Of a stretch of DNA of 56,574 nucleotides, positions 9,225 through 18,873 are shown one piece after another. The position numbers were made by a program, and so were the translations under genes. Under the pieces are notes generated by a model, which searched no databases, was not told the DNA's origin, and was given only the letters and a program-made list of their open reading frames with translations. Every line of letters starts with the position of its first letter. Position 1 is the first letter of the stretch. The DNA is from a virus (lineage: Duplodnaviria; Caudoviricetes): positions 1 through 56,574 of the IMG/VR virus record IMGVR_UViG_3300020151_001596. One strand, given 5' to 3'.

Positions 9225-10298
9225 ATGGCAAACAGAGACTTATTAAAAGAAGCCATTGCCGATGCTAAAGCTGTTAAGGAAACAGCCATCGCCAATGCAA
9301 AGGCCGCTCTTGAAGAAGCTTTCACCCCCTACTTAAAAGAAAAGTTAGCTGCAAAGTTAGCTGAAATGGATGAAGTGGATGAAGCTAAAGAAGAGATGAC
9401 CGAAATTACCCAACAGGAAAAGGAAAATACATACAATCCCAATTACGGAATGGATGAAGCTAATGAAGCTGAAGACGATGAAGCTGATGAAAAAGTAGAT
9501 GAAGTAGATCTAGAAGAACTTCTAAGAGAATTAGATGAATTAGAAGAAGATGGATTTGGTAAATTTTCATCAGACGGAACTGAAGGATTCAGTGGTGAAG
9601 AAGATGGTGAAAAGAAACTTCAATTGAAAGCTTTAGATGAAGCTGAAGGTGAAGAAGAATTTGAAGATTCTGATGCTGATGGTGTCGAAGATTCAGAAGA
9701 TGAAGAAATTGATCTTGAAAACATGTCTGAAGACGATCTTAAGAATTTCATTGAAGGTGTAATCGCAGACATGGTAGCCTCCGGCGAATTAGAAGGTGGT
9801 GAAGACATGGAAAGCGAAGAAGGTGAAGGAGAAGATGAAGAAGGTGCTGAAGGTGAAATGGAAATGGGTGCTGAAATGATGGCCGAAATGAAGAAAATGA
9901 AAAAAGAAGTAGAAGAAGCTAAAAAAGCTAAAGAAAAAGCTGAAAAAGAATTAAAAGAAGCTTTAGAAACTGTTTCTACTATCAAAACTGAACTTCAAGA
10001 GGTTAATTTATTCAACGCTAAATTACTTTACACTAACAAAATCTTCAAAGCTAAAACCTTAACTGAATCACAAAAAGTTAAAGTGTTAGAAGCTTTTGAT
10101 AAAGCCGCTAGCGTTAAAGAAGCTAAATTAGTTTTCGAAACATTATCATCTGGTTTAACAGCTACTGCTAAAAAGCCAATGAATGAATCGTTAATTAAAA
10201 GTAGTGCTTCTAAACCATCCGGTGTTTCTGAAAAGAAACCTATTATGGAAGCTAATGAACAGGTTACAAGATGGCAAAAATTAGCCGGTATTAAATAA
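9225..10298 (+). CDS. Prohead scaffolding/core protein
   Basis: Very acidic coiled-coil protein between protease and capsid, ending RWQKLAGIK. ATG 9225 is preferred over TTG 9207. Confidence 0.8.
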   Translation: MANRDLLKEAIADAKAVKETAIANAKAALEEAFTPYLKEKLAAKLAEMDEVDEAKEEMTEITQQEKENTYNPNYGMDEANEAEDDEADEKVDEVDLEELLRELDELEEDGFGKFSSDGTEGFSGEEDGEKKLQLKALDEAEGEEEFEDSDADGVEDSEDEEIDLENMSEDDLKNFIEGVIADMVASGELEGGEDMESEEGEGEDEEGAEGEMEMGAEMMAEMKKMKKEVEEAKKAKEKAEKELKEALETVSTIKTELQEVNLFNAKLLYTNKIFKAKTLTESQKVKVLEAFDKAASVKEAKLVFETLSSGLTATAKKPMNESLIKSSASKPSGVSEKKPIMEANEQVTRWQKLAGIK

Positions 10299-10330
10299 TT
10301 TAAAAAAAACAAAAAACAAAAAATAAAACA

Positions 10331-11995
10331 ATGTCACAAGTACAACAATTATTAGAGAGCGCTGCAGGTTCTTGGAAGAGCTTGCAAAGCGACGCAGCCA
10401 AATTGGCCAACAAATGGACCAAAACTGGCTTATTGGAAGGTTTGACCGAGGTTGATAAAAATAATATGTCAATCTTGCTTGAAAACCAAGCTAAACAGTT
10501 AGTAACAGAAGCAAACCAAATTTCTACTAACTCTTATTTCACTAACGGTACCCAAGGTGAGAACTGGGCTGGTATCGCTTTACCTTTGGTTCGTAAGGTA
10601 TTCGGAACTATTGTAGCGAAAGAATTCGTTTCAGTTCAACCTATGAACATGCCTTCAGGTCTTGTATTCTTCTTGGATTTCCAATATGGTAATTATAAGA
10701 CTCCTTTTGGAACAGGTGGATCATTATATGGTGACAGAAACGCTTCTGGTCCATTCCCATTTGCAACTCCTGCTGCTTCTGGTGGTCTTTACAACCCAGC
10801 TAACAAATTCACTTATTCTATTAACACTACTCAATCTGTAGTATCTGCTACTGTAGCTACTGCTTCTTGGGCTGAAGTAAACTTTGATTCTGAATTATCA
10901 GCTTCTATTGCTGCTGGTACTATCAAGAAATTCACAGTTGCTTCTGCTGTTACTACTTTACCTTTCTTTGATGCTGATTCTACTAGAGGTTTCGCCTTAA
11001 CTTCAGGTTCAACGTTCACAGTAGGTAGAGCTTTACCTCAGTTTACTACTTACAACTACACTGCTAACACTATCGCTTTCTTCTTGACTGGTTCAACTGC
11101 TGAAACTAACGGTACTGCTACTTCTGCGGGTTCTGTTGTAACTTATGTTAAAGCTACTTCTGATCAATACAGAGGTGATTTCGAAGAATCTTCTTCTTTC
11201 GCTGTACCTAACGCTCAGAGTGCTACTCAAATTACTATTCCTGAAATCAACGTTAAGATGCAATCTCAAGCCATCACTGCTAAGACTCGTAAGTTGAAAG
11301 CTGTATGGACTCCTGAATTTGCTCAAGATTTAGCTGCTTACCAGAACATCGATGCTGAAGCTGAATTGACTAACATCATGAGCGAGTACATTTCAATGGA
11401 AATTGATTTGGAAATCTTAGATATGTTGATTGAAGATGCTGCTGCTGGTACTGAGTACTGGAGTGCTATTAACAACACCGTGATTACTCCTGGTGCTGCT
11501 GCTCCTTCTACTTTGTCTTCTGGTTACTACAACACTCAAGGTCAATGGTTCCAAACTTTAGGAACTAAGATCCAAAAGTTAAGCAACAAAATTCACCAAT
11601 TAACTTTGCGTGGTGGTGCTAACTTCTTGGTTACTTCTCCTACAGTTGCTACTGTTCTTGAATCAATCCCTGGTTTTGCTTCTACTTCAAACGGTGAAGC
11701 TGAGCAAATGGAGTATGCTTTCGGTGTACAAAAAGTAGGTTCAGTTAATGGTCGTTACAAGGTTTACAAGAACCCTTACATGACTGAAAACGTAATCTTG
11801 TTAGGTTACAAAGGTTCACAATTCTTGGAAACTGGTGCTGTATTTGCTCCTTACATTCCTATGATTATGACTCCTTTGGTGTACGATCCTGATACCTTCA
11901 CTCCACGTAAAGGTCTTTTGACTCGCTACGCTAAGAAGATGTTACGTCCTGAATTCTATGGTAAGATCTATGTTAATGGTTTAAACACCATCTAA
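10331..11995 (+). CDS. Major capsid protein (T4 gp23-like)
   Basis: LPLVRKVF, VSVQPMNMPSGLVFFLDF, AKTRKLKAVWTPEFAQDLAAY, APYIP, FTPRKGLLTRYA; high-expression codon bias (TTC/AAC/TAC). Confidence 0.96.
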   Translation: MSQVQQLLESAAGSWKSLQSDAAKLANKWTKTGLLEGLTEVDKNNMSILLENQAKQLVTEANQISTNSYFTNGTQGENWAGIALPLVRKVFGTIVAKEFVSVQPMNMPSGLVFFLDFQYGNYKTPFGTGGSLYGDRNASGPFPFATPAASGGLYNPANKFTYSINTTQSVVSATVATASWAEVNFDSELSASIAAGTIKKFTVASAVTTLPFFDADSTRGFALTSGSTFTVGRALPQFTTYNYTANTIAFFLTGSTAETNGTATSAGSVVTYVKATSDQYRGDFEESSSFAVPNAQSATQITIPEINVKMQSQAITAKTRKLKAVWTPEFAQDLAAYQNIDAEAELTNIMSEYISMEIDLEILDMLIEDAAAGTEYWSAINNTVITPGAAAPSTLSSGYYNTQGQWFQTLGTKIQKLSNKIHQLTLRGGANFLVTSPTVATVLESIPGFASTSNGEAEQMEYAFGVQKVGSVNGRYKVYKNPYMTENVILLGYKGSQFLETGAVFAPYIPMIMTPLVYDPDTFTPRKGLLTRYAKKMLRPEFYGKIYVNGLNTI

Positions 11996-12027
11996 TATAA
12001 CTTAGAAAGGATAATTTTCTTATAAAG

Positions 12028-12054
12028 AAGCCCCGAGAAATCGGGGCTTTTTTT
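12028..12054 (+). terminator. Intrinsic terminator after capsid gene
   Basis: AAGCCCCGA-GAAA-TCGGGGCTT followed by a T run. Confidence 0.9.
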
Positions 12055-12074
12055 AACTAGTATAGACCTATATA

Positions 12075-12083
12075 ATATTTATA
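12075..12083 (+). promoter_or_regulatory. ATATTTATA putative late promoter for the amidinotransferase-psd-phoH unit
   Basis: TAATATTTATAACAAA, the same context as the copies before portal and 7552. Confidence 0.65.
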
Positions 12084-12112
12084 ACAAATATAGTTACATC
12101 AAATAGATTTTT

Positions 12113-13027
12113 ATGAAAGAGACACCAAGTCAGTTACCAATTCAAAGTTTCGTTATGAACTTTCCTTTCTCATTATCAACAGCAGACCCAAATAATATTT
12201 GGATGCAAGAATTAACCGATGAGGAATTAGCAATTAATAAACCTAAAGCATACAAACAATTTATGGATTTGTATAATTTTGTTGCTGGTGGTGCTATAGT
12301 TAATTTATTACCCTCAGAAGGAAACTTTCAGGATCAAGTATATGTAGCTAATTTAGGTCTTTATTTACCTCATATTAAAAATGAAAACCACATTATTTTA
12401 TCAAATTTTACTTCTGACCCTCGTAAAGGTGAAGAATTAGTTGGAGAAAAATATTTTAACCAAATGGGTTATAAAACAGCAATCTCTCCATATAAATGGG
12501 AAGGTGAAGCTGATTTGAAATATCTTTATGGTAACAAATATATTGGTGGTTATGGTATTCGTTCTAACATCAAAGCCTATGAGTGGATGGAAGAAACTTA
12601 TAACATGGATATTCTTAAAGTAGCTATGGTTGATGAGTATTTGTATCACTTGGATTGTTCTATTTTTGCTTTAAATCAAGATCAGACATTAATTTGTACT
12701 GAATTGTTTGATGAGGAAGAATTACAAATGATTGAAAAAGAAACAGAAATTATTGATATTGATGTTGATGATGCTTTATGTGGATTAACCAATTCAGTAA
12801 GATTAGGTAATATGATTATGTGTGCTTCAAACATTGCTGAATTAAAGAAAACCCATGAATATTATGAGGGTGAGGTTCATAAGATTAAAACATTAGAAAA
12901 AATTTGTTCTGATGCTGGTATGGAACCTGTTATCTTTAATCTTTCAGAATATATGAAATCAGGTGCTATGTTATCTTGTATGATGATGCATTTGAATAGA
13001 GTTGACCATAATAAAACCTTACTATAA
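12113..13027 (+). CDS. Amidinotransferase/guanidino-modifying (pentein) family enzyme, ArgZ/AgrE-like
   Basis: DQVYVAN, RKGE, WEGEAD, YHLDC and C-terminal SEYMKSGAMLSC match the Asp-His-Cys pentein catalytic motifs. Confidence 0.85.
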   Translation: MKETPSQLPIQSFVMNFPFSLSTADPNNIWMQELTDEELAINKPKAYKQFMDLYNFVAGGAIVNLLPSEGNFQDQVYVANLGLYLPHIKNENHIILSNFTSDPRKGEELVGEKYFNQMGYKTAISPYKWEGEADLKYLYGNKYIGGYGIRSNIKAYEWMEETYNMDILKVAMVDEYLYHLDCSIFALNQDQTLICTELFDEEELQMIEKETEIIDIDVDDALCGLTNSVRLGNMIMCASNIAELKKTHEYYEGEVHKIKTLEKICSDAGMEPVIFNLSEYMKSGAMLSCMMMHLNRVDHNKTLL

Positions 13028-13764
13028 TGGCACAAACATTACAAGAGTGGTTAAGTACTGAGGTTAAACAACTTCAAAAAATGCCTGTAGGTGAGTTGTC
13101 TAATACCTTTTTCTTTAGAGACCCAATCCGTCCGAACTTTATTGACTATGAGCATTTTTATTCACCTGCTGATGGAACTATTTTATATCAAAGATTTATT
13201 AAAGATCCTACAGAACCTGTAGTTGAAATTAAGGGTATGAATTATACTCTTCAAGATGTTATGGGTGATGATGAATACAATAAACCATCATTAGTTATTG
13301 GTATATTTATGTCGTTTTATGATGTTCACATCAATCGTATACCTTACGGAGGTCTGCTGTCATATAAACCACTAGACGCGATTCAATCAACTAATAAGCC
13401 AATGTTGGCTACCGAAAAGGATATTTTAAATAAAAAAATTAACCCCGCAAACATGGAGTACTTAAAGTATAACGAGCGTATGTGGAATAAAATTTATTCA
13501 CCTGCCTTAGATTATACTTATTACTTAATTCAAATTGCTGATGAGGATGTAAACGTTATTGCTCCATTTACTATGGACCAAAACGATGTTTTTGCTCAAA
13601 ACGAAAGATTTTCTTTAATTAGATGGGGTTCACAAGTTGATTTGGTGTTACCATTAGATGATAGATATGATTTCGAGTTATGTTTAGATGATGCCATGCA
13701 TGTTAATGCTGGTTTAGACCAACTTGTAAAAATTAACTTTAATGAATACAAAACCAACTCATGA
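13027..13764 (+). CDS. psd: Phosphatidylserine decarboxylase-family pyruvoyl enzyme (substrate uncertain)
   Basis: FFRDP, SPADG, IFMSFYDVHINRIP and the autocleavage motif WG|SQVDL; TAATG coupling to the upstream gene. Confidence 0.85.
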   Translation: MAQTLQEWLSTEVKQLQKMPVGELSNTFFFRDPIRPNFIDYEHFYSPADGTILYQRFIKDPTEPVVEIKGMNYTLQDVMGDDEYNKPSLVIGIFMSFYDVHINRIPYGGLLSYKPLDAIQSTNKPMLATEKDILNKKINPANMEYLKYNERMWNKIYSPALDYTYYLIQIADEDVNVIAPFTMDQNDVFAQNERFSLIRWGSQVDLVLPLDDRYDFELCLDDAMHVNAGLDQLVKINFNEYKTNS

Positions 13765-14437
13765 AGATGTTATCTTCCAAGAAAAACGAAGACCTAAAAA
13801 TCCCATTAAATTTAAATTAAATCTAAACGAGGAACAAAAAGAAGCTAAGTCTAAAATCTTAAATAATACAATTACTTTATTAGCAGGAGCTGCTGGTTCA
13901 GGTAAAACTTTACTTGCTTGCCAAATTGCTTTAGATAAATTGTTTATGAAAGAAATTGATAAGGTAATTATTACTCGACCTACTGTCTCAAAAGAAGAAA
14001 TTGGTTTTTTACCTGGTGATTTAAGAGAAAAAATGGATCCTTGGGTACAACCAATCTACCAAAACATGTATTTACTTTATGATAAAGATAAAGTAGAAAA
14101 ACATATTCAAGCTGGTGATATTGAAATTGTACCTTTATCATTTATGCGTGGTAGAACATTTGTAAACAATTTTGTAATTGTAGATGAAGCACAAAACGTA
14201 ACTCACGAACAAATGCATATGATTGTTACTCGTATTGGTTTAAATTCAAAAATGATTATTTGTGGTGATGATGCTCAAGTGGATTTAAAGAAAAGATCTG
14301 ATTCTGGATTTAAATTTTTATATAAAGGAGCATCAAAAATCAAAAAACTAGAAGCTATTACTTTAAAAACAAATCATAGAGATCCTATTGTAGAGGATTT
14401 ACTTAGATATTACGACGATTCTGCCATCACTATTTAA
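13742..14437 (+). CDS. phoH: PhoH-family ATPase
   Basis: GAAGSGKT, ITRP, IGFLPGDLREK, FMRGRT, DEAQN, TRIG, GDDAQVDL, HRDPIV. Confidence 0.95.
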   Translation: MNTKPTHEDVIFQEKRRPKNPIKFKLNLNEEQKEAKSKILNNTITLLAGAAGSGKTLLACQIALDKLFMKEIDKVIITRPTVSKEEIGFLPGDLREKMDPWVQPIYQNMYLLYDKDKVEKHIQAGDIEIVPLSFMRGRTFVNNFVIVDEAQNVTHEQMHMIVTRIGLNSKMIICGDDAQVDLKKRSDSGFKFLYKGASKIKKLEAITLKTNHRDPIVEDLLRYYDDSAITI

Positions 14438-14481
14438 CGATTTGTCAATTTTTATATATTTATACCCAGCACCGTTATAGT

Positions 14482-14865
14482 ATGTCAGCTGGAATATATA
14501 ATTTATCAATTGAACAAGGAGCAACCTTTGACTTAGAAATAAGATACAAAGATGCTAATGGAGATCCTGTGGATTTAACTGGTTACTCTGGTCGATTACA
14601 AATCAGACAATCAACAGATTCTGCTACTCCATATATTACTTTAAGTAGTTCTTTACAGCCTGATAGAACTGGATTAAATTTTAGTGGTTCAGATAATAAT
14701 AAACCACCAACATCCGGTTCTATTAGTATTTTTATTTCTGCTTACTCCTCTTCATTATTAAGTTTTGGACAAGGAGTATATGATTTAGAAATATATTCTG
14801 GCAGTTATGCTTATAGATTATTACAAGGCGGTGTTCGATTAAGTAAAGAAGTAACAAGATACTAA
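14482..14865 (+). CDS. Small beta-sandwich virion protein (fibre/baseplate adaptor-like)
   Basis: YNLSIEQGATF...PVDLTGY...GVYDLEI...RLLQG pattern typical of phage beta-sandwich adaptors; ATATTTATA at 14456. Confidence 0.6.
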   Translation: MSAGIYNLSIEQGATFDLEIRYKDANGDPVDLTGYSGRLQIRQSTDSATPYITLSSSLQPDRTGLNFSGSDNNKPPTSGSISIFISAYSSSLLSFGQGVYDLEIYSGSYAYRLLQGGVRLSKEVTRY

Positions 14866-14866
14866 A

Positions 14867-15352
14867 ATGGCAAACAATAACGTAGATCCACAACTACCTA
14901 TACTATCAGTAATTGAAGTAGCATCACCAGGACCTATGGGTCCTACAGGTCCTACAGGACCTCCAGGTTCTTTTCCTAGTACTGGTTCCTACTCCTTAAC
15001 AGGTTCAATTAAAATCTCAGGATCATTCCAGTTAGATGGTGAAGTATTTATTACTGGTTCTTTTACTGGTAGTTATTTACATATTCAAGGAACTCCATTA
15101 AATACTTGGACTGTAAATCATAACTTACAAACTGAATTTCCTGTTGTTGTGGTTTATGATTTAAATAAAAAGCAAATCATTCCACAAGAAGTTATTCCTT
15201 TAAATACTTCTAGTATGAAAATTTTCTTCCCAAGAGAAGAATCAGGATATGCTTATTTTTCTATAGGAACTAACTTAGCTATTCCTAACTTTGCAAACAT
15301 ATCAAACTCAGGCTCAAATTTTAACCCATCAATAATTGTATTTGGATTTTAA
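14867..15352 (+). CDS. Fibre protein with short collagen-like stretch
   Basis: GPMGPTGPTGPPG triplets and a TWTVNHNL..P.V.V.D fibre-type domain. Confidence 0.65.
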   Translation: MANNNVDPQLPILSVIEVASPGPMGPTGPTGPPGSFPSTGSYSLTGSIKISGSFQLDGEVFITGSFTGSYLHIQGTPLNTWTVNHNLQTEFPVVVVYDLNKKQIIPQEVIPLNTSSMKIFFPREESGYAYFSIGTNLAIPNFANISNSGSNFNPSIIVFGF

Positions 15353-15368
15353 ATATTTATAAACAACC

Positions 15369-18251
15369 ATGCCAAGAAAAAGACTACCAGAATATATATT
15401 TACTCCTGGTTCATCAAACGCCGGAACAATTAAAGTTCCTTATCGTATTGACACTCACGATTTGTTATTAATAACAAACGTAACAAGAGGAAATACTTTA
15501 TTTTTATTTTCAGATCCTACTACAGGAGCTTCATTATCTTATAATGTAAATGATACAACAACTTTCCCAAATGGTGTTGAAGGTGTTACTACTATTACCT
15601 TAGCTGTTGATACTACAAACGCTTCACCTACTGATGATTTAAGGGTTTATGTTGAAGCAGATATCGTAGAATTTAGACCTTGGGATTTTGGAACAGACGC
15701 TATTGAAAGAATGAGAGTATCAAACCCTCAATCTTTAATAGATGCTGACTTTGAATATGGTATTCAAAATACTAAATGGCAATCAGTAGGTCTGAACACA
15801 GGTGTACCTTCAGCATATGAATTACCTGGTACTGACTTAGGAGCTACTTCTGTATCAAGTTCAGGTGGTTCTACATTCTCAACTATTACTGTTGTGACTT
15901 CAGGTTCACATGGTTTGAATATTGGTTCAGCAGTATCAGTATTTGGATTGTTAAATGATAAAGCAGAAGGTATTTTCGCAGTATTATCTACTCCAAACGT
16001 AACAACATTTACATATGAGGCAAAAGGTTCTATTCCTTTAGGATCTATTGCTACTACTTATACAAACATTCGTCCTGGAGGTTTCTTTTCAGGATCAGCA
16101 TTACCATTAACTACATTTACATCTAATGGTTCTACCCCTTCAATTATTACTTGTACAACAGCTGCACCTCATGGTTTAATGCCTGGTTCACCTTTGCTAG
16201 TATTTGATACAGCTGCTGGTAACCAAGGTTATGAAGGTAACTATTTTGCAGAAACTATTCCTAATGGAACTACTTTTACTTACACAGCAAAACAACAAGT
16301 AACAACTCCTACTTCATCAGCTACTATTAGAGTATATGCTCGTAATGATTCATTCTTTATTCATAGACCATTTGATGGTGGTGTATTAGTAGGTACATTT
16401 ACTCCTTGTTATGGATTAGAAGCTAAACGTCAATCTAAAAGATATTTCCGTTACCAATCAGGTAAAGGTATCTTGTTTAGTACAGGTACCTTATTAGCAT
16501 CTAACTTAGATATTTCATCTGTTTACTCATCAGCATCTATAACTGGTTCAATTTCAAGTTCATTAATTACAGTAACAACAGATATTGAACATGGTTTACA
16601 ACAAGGTACTAAAGTTACTTTATCAAATATTACTTCTTCTAATTACAATGGAGATTATTTAGTAAACAGTATTATTAATGAATTTACTTTTAATGTATCT
16701 TCTTCATTAGTACCATCAGAACCAACAGCATCATTAGGTTTCCAACCACGTGTGTTTATTAAAAACTGGACAGGTGCTATTATTAGAACAGGTATCTATG
16801 ATGACTCAAATGGTTTGTTCTGGGAATATGATGGAACAACTTTATATGTTGTAAAACGTTCTTCTACATTCCAATCAGTAGGTACAATCACAGCAACTCC
16901 TGATTCTTATGCTGTTACGGGTTCTGGTACTCGTTTTACAGACCAAATTAGAGTAGGAGATACAGTAGTAATTAGAGGTATGGCATACAGAGTAACAAGT
17001 ATTCCATCTAATACTGCTTTAACTATTATCCCTGCATACCGTGGTATTAGACAAGCTGCTGGTGTTAAAATGGCTTTAGTTAGAGATTTTAAAGTACCAC
17101 AAAACAAATTTAACTATGATACTATTGATGGTAATGGCACATCAGGATTTAATTTTGATGTAACTAAAATGCAAATGTTAGGTATCCAATATTCATGGTA
17201 TGGTGCTGGATTTGCTGACTTTATGGTAAGAGCAGTTAATGGTAACTTTATAACAGTTCATCGTTTTAAAAACAATAACGTAAATGATGAAGCATATATG
17301 AGAACAGGTAACTTACCTGCTCGTTATGAAGTAGGTAACTATGGTCCTTTATCTAGATTAAGAGTAGCATCTGGTTTATCTGGAAGTTTAAACATTATTG
17401 ATCCTGATACTTTCCCTTCAGCATCAACATCTAACCCTGTAACTTGTGTAATTACAAGTGTACAAGGAGGTACAGTATATAATGAATTAGTTTCTTATAC
17501 AGGAAAATCAGGTAGTTTATTAACTGGAATTCAAAGACCAGCAGTTTACACACCATATATTTCTGGTGCTCCTAGAATTTTTGCAGGATCTACTCCTCAA
17601 AACCACCCAGCCTCATCATCAATCCAAGTATTTGATACAAGTATTACACCAACATTAACTCACTGGGGTTCAGCAGTTATTATGGATGGTGGATTTGATG
17701 AAGACCGTGGTTATCAGTTTAACTTTGCTAGAACTAACGTAACAATTAATGGTAACACAACCAACACAGTATTGTTATTCCGTCTAGCCCCTTCAGTATC
17801 AAATACAATTCCTGGTGATTTGGGAGATAGAGAAGTATTAAATAGATCTCAATTGTTATTAAAACGTTTTGAGGTTACTACTTCACAAAAATGTGAGGTG
17901 TATGGTGTATTGAATCCTACAAATATTCCGTCTAGTACTGTCTATACAAACACTCAAGTGACAAACATTGGTGCTGTAGCAACATCACAACCTTCGTTTT
18001 CACAATACAACCAAAACTTTACTACATCACCTGTAAACGGTGAGTTATTATTCCGTATTACATCTCCTGCCTCTACACAGCTTAAATCTGAAATTGATTT
18101 AACATCTGTAAAAGGTATGAACAACTCAATTATTGGTGGTAGATATACATTCCCTGATGGTCCTGATGTACTAGCGGTTGTAATCACAAACACCTCAGGA
18201 ACTACATGTACCGCAGATTTCTTGTTACAATGGGCTGAAGCACAAGCATAA
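15369..18251 (+). CDS. Large virion structural protein
   Basis: RMRVSNPQSLIDADFEYG, repeated T...HGL..G beta modules, YSWYGAG, HWGSAVIMDGGFD. Recalled as similar to large structural proteins of T4-like aquatic phages. Confidence 0.7.
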   Translation: MPRKRLPEYIFTPGSSNAGTIKVPYRIDTHDLLLITNVTRGNTLFLFSDPTTGASLSYNVNDTTTFPNGVEGVTTITLAVDTTNASPTDDLRVYVEADIVEFRPWDFGTDAIERMRVSNPQSLIDADFEYGIQNTKWQSVGLNTGVPSAYELPGTDLGATSVSSSGGSTFSTITVVTSGSHGLNIGSAVSVFGLLNDKAEGIFAVLSTPNVTTFTYEAKGSIPLGSIATTYTNIRPGGFFSGSALPLTTFTSNGSTPSIITCTTAAPHGLMPGSPLLVFDTAAGNQGYEGNYFAETIPNGTTFTYTAKQQVTTPTSSATIRVYARNDSFFIHRPFDGGVLVGTFTPCYGLEAKRQSKRYFRYQSGKGILFSTGTLLASNLDISSVYSSASITGSISSSLITVTTDIEHGLQQGTKVTLSNITSSNYNGDYLVNSIINEFTFNVSSSLVPSEPTASLGFQPRVFIKNWTGAIIRTGIYDDSNGLFWEYDGTTLYVVKRSSTFQSVGTITATPDSYAVTGSGTRFTDQIRVGDTVVIRGMAYRVTSIPSNTALTIIPAYRGIRQAAGVKMALVRDFKVPQNKFNYDTIDGNGTSGFNFDVTKMQMLGIQYSWYGAGFADFMVRAVNGNFITVHRFKNNNVNDEAYMRTGNLPARYEVGNYGPLSRLRVASGLSGSLNIIDPDTFPSASTSNPVTCVITSVQGGTVYNELVSYTGKSGSLLTGIQRPAVYTPYISGAPRIFAGSTPQNHPASSSIQVFDTSITPTLTHWGSAVIMDGGFDEDRGYQFNFARTNVTINGNTTNTVLLFRLAPSVSNTIPGDLGDREVLNRSQLLLKRFEVTTSQKCEVYGVLNPTNIPSSTVYTNTQVTNIGAVATSQPSFSQYNQNFTTSPVNGELLFRITSPASTQLKSEIDLTSVKGMNNSIIGGRYTFPDGPDVLAVVITNTSGTTCTADFLLQWAEAQA

Positions 18252-18261
18252 AAAATAAAAT

Positions 18262-18870
18262 ATGAAATTATATTCACCTTCCATAACCGGTTCGTTAGAC
18301 GCAGATATTACGGCAGGTACCTTTAGTGTAACTAGAGGTAACACCCCCTTGTTATTTATGACAAGTTTAGGTAACTTAGGTGTTGGTACTAATGCGCCTC
18401 AACGAAGTTTAGATGTAGCCGGTGAAGTATCAGCTACTACTTATTATGGAGATGGTTCTCAATTAACAGGTATTGGTTCTGCTGCTTTCCCTTATACTGG
18501 TTCTGCTACTATTTTAGGTTCAATGGTAATTAATGGTATATTAGCAGCAACAGAAAAATCATTTATTATAGATCACCAAACAAAACCAGGACAAAAACTG
18601 GTTTATGGTGTATTAGAAGGACCAGAACATGCAGTTTATTGTAGAGGTAGAATAACTAATGATATTATTGAATTACCTGAGGATTGGACATGGTTAGTTG
18701 AAGAATCATCAGTTACTGTTCAATTAACTCCCATTGGTCATTTTCAATCAATATATGTTAATGAAATAAAAGATAATAAAGTGTATTTAAAATGTGAGGA
18801 TCATATTGATTGTTACTATTTTATTCAATCAACACGTAAAGATATAAACAAGTTACAAATTATACAATAA
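18262..18870 (+). CDS. Short tail-fibre-like protein with C-terminal chaperone-type domain
   Basis: GNLGVGTNAP..LDVAG and YYGDGSQLTGI fibre motifs; C-terminal KSFIIDH...LEGPE..VY.RG...LPEDW...VQLTPIG. Confidence 0.7.
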   Translation: MKLYSPSITGSLDADITAGTFSVTRGNTPLLFMTSLGNLGVGTNAPQRSLDVAGEVSATTYYGDGSQLTGIGSAAFPYTGSATILGSMVINGILAATEKSFIIDHQTKPGQKLVYGVLEGPEHAVYCRGRITNDIIELPEDWTWLVEESSVTVQLTPIGHFQSIYVNEIKDNKVYLKCEDHIDCYYFIQSTRKDINKLQIIQ

Positions 18871-18873
18871 AAA

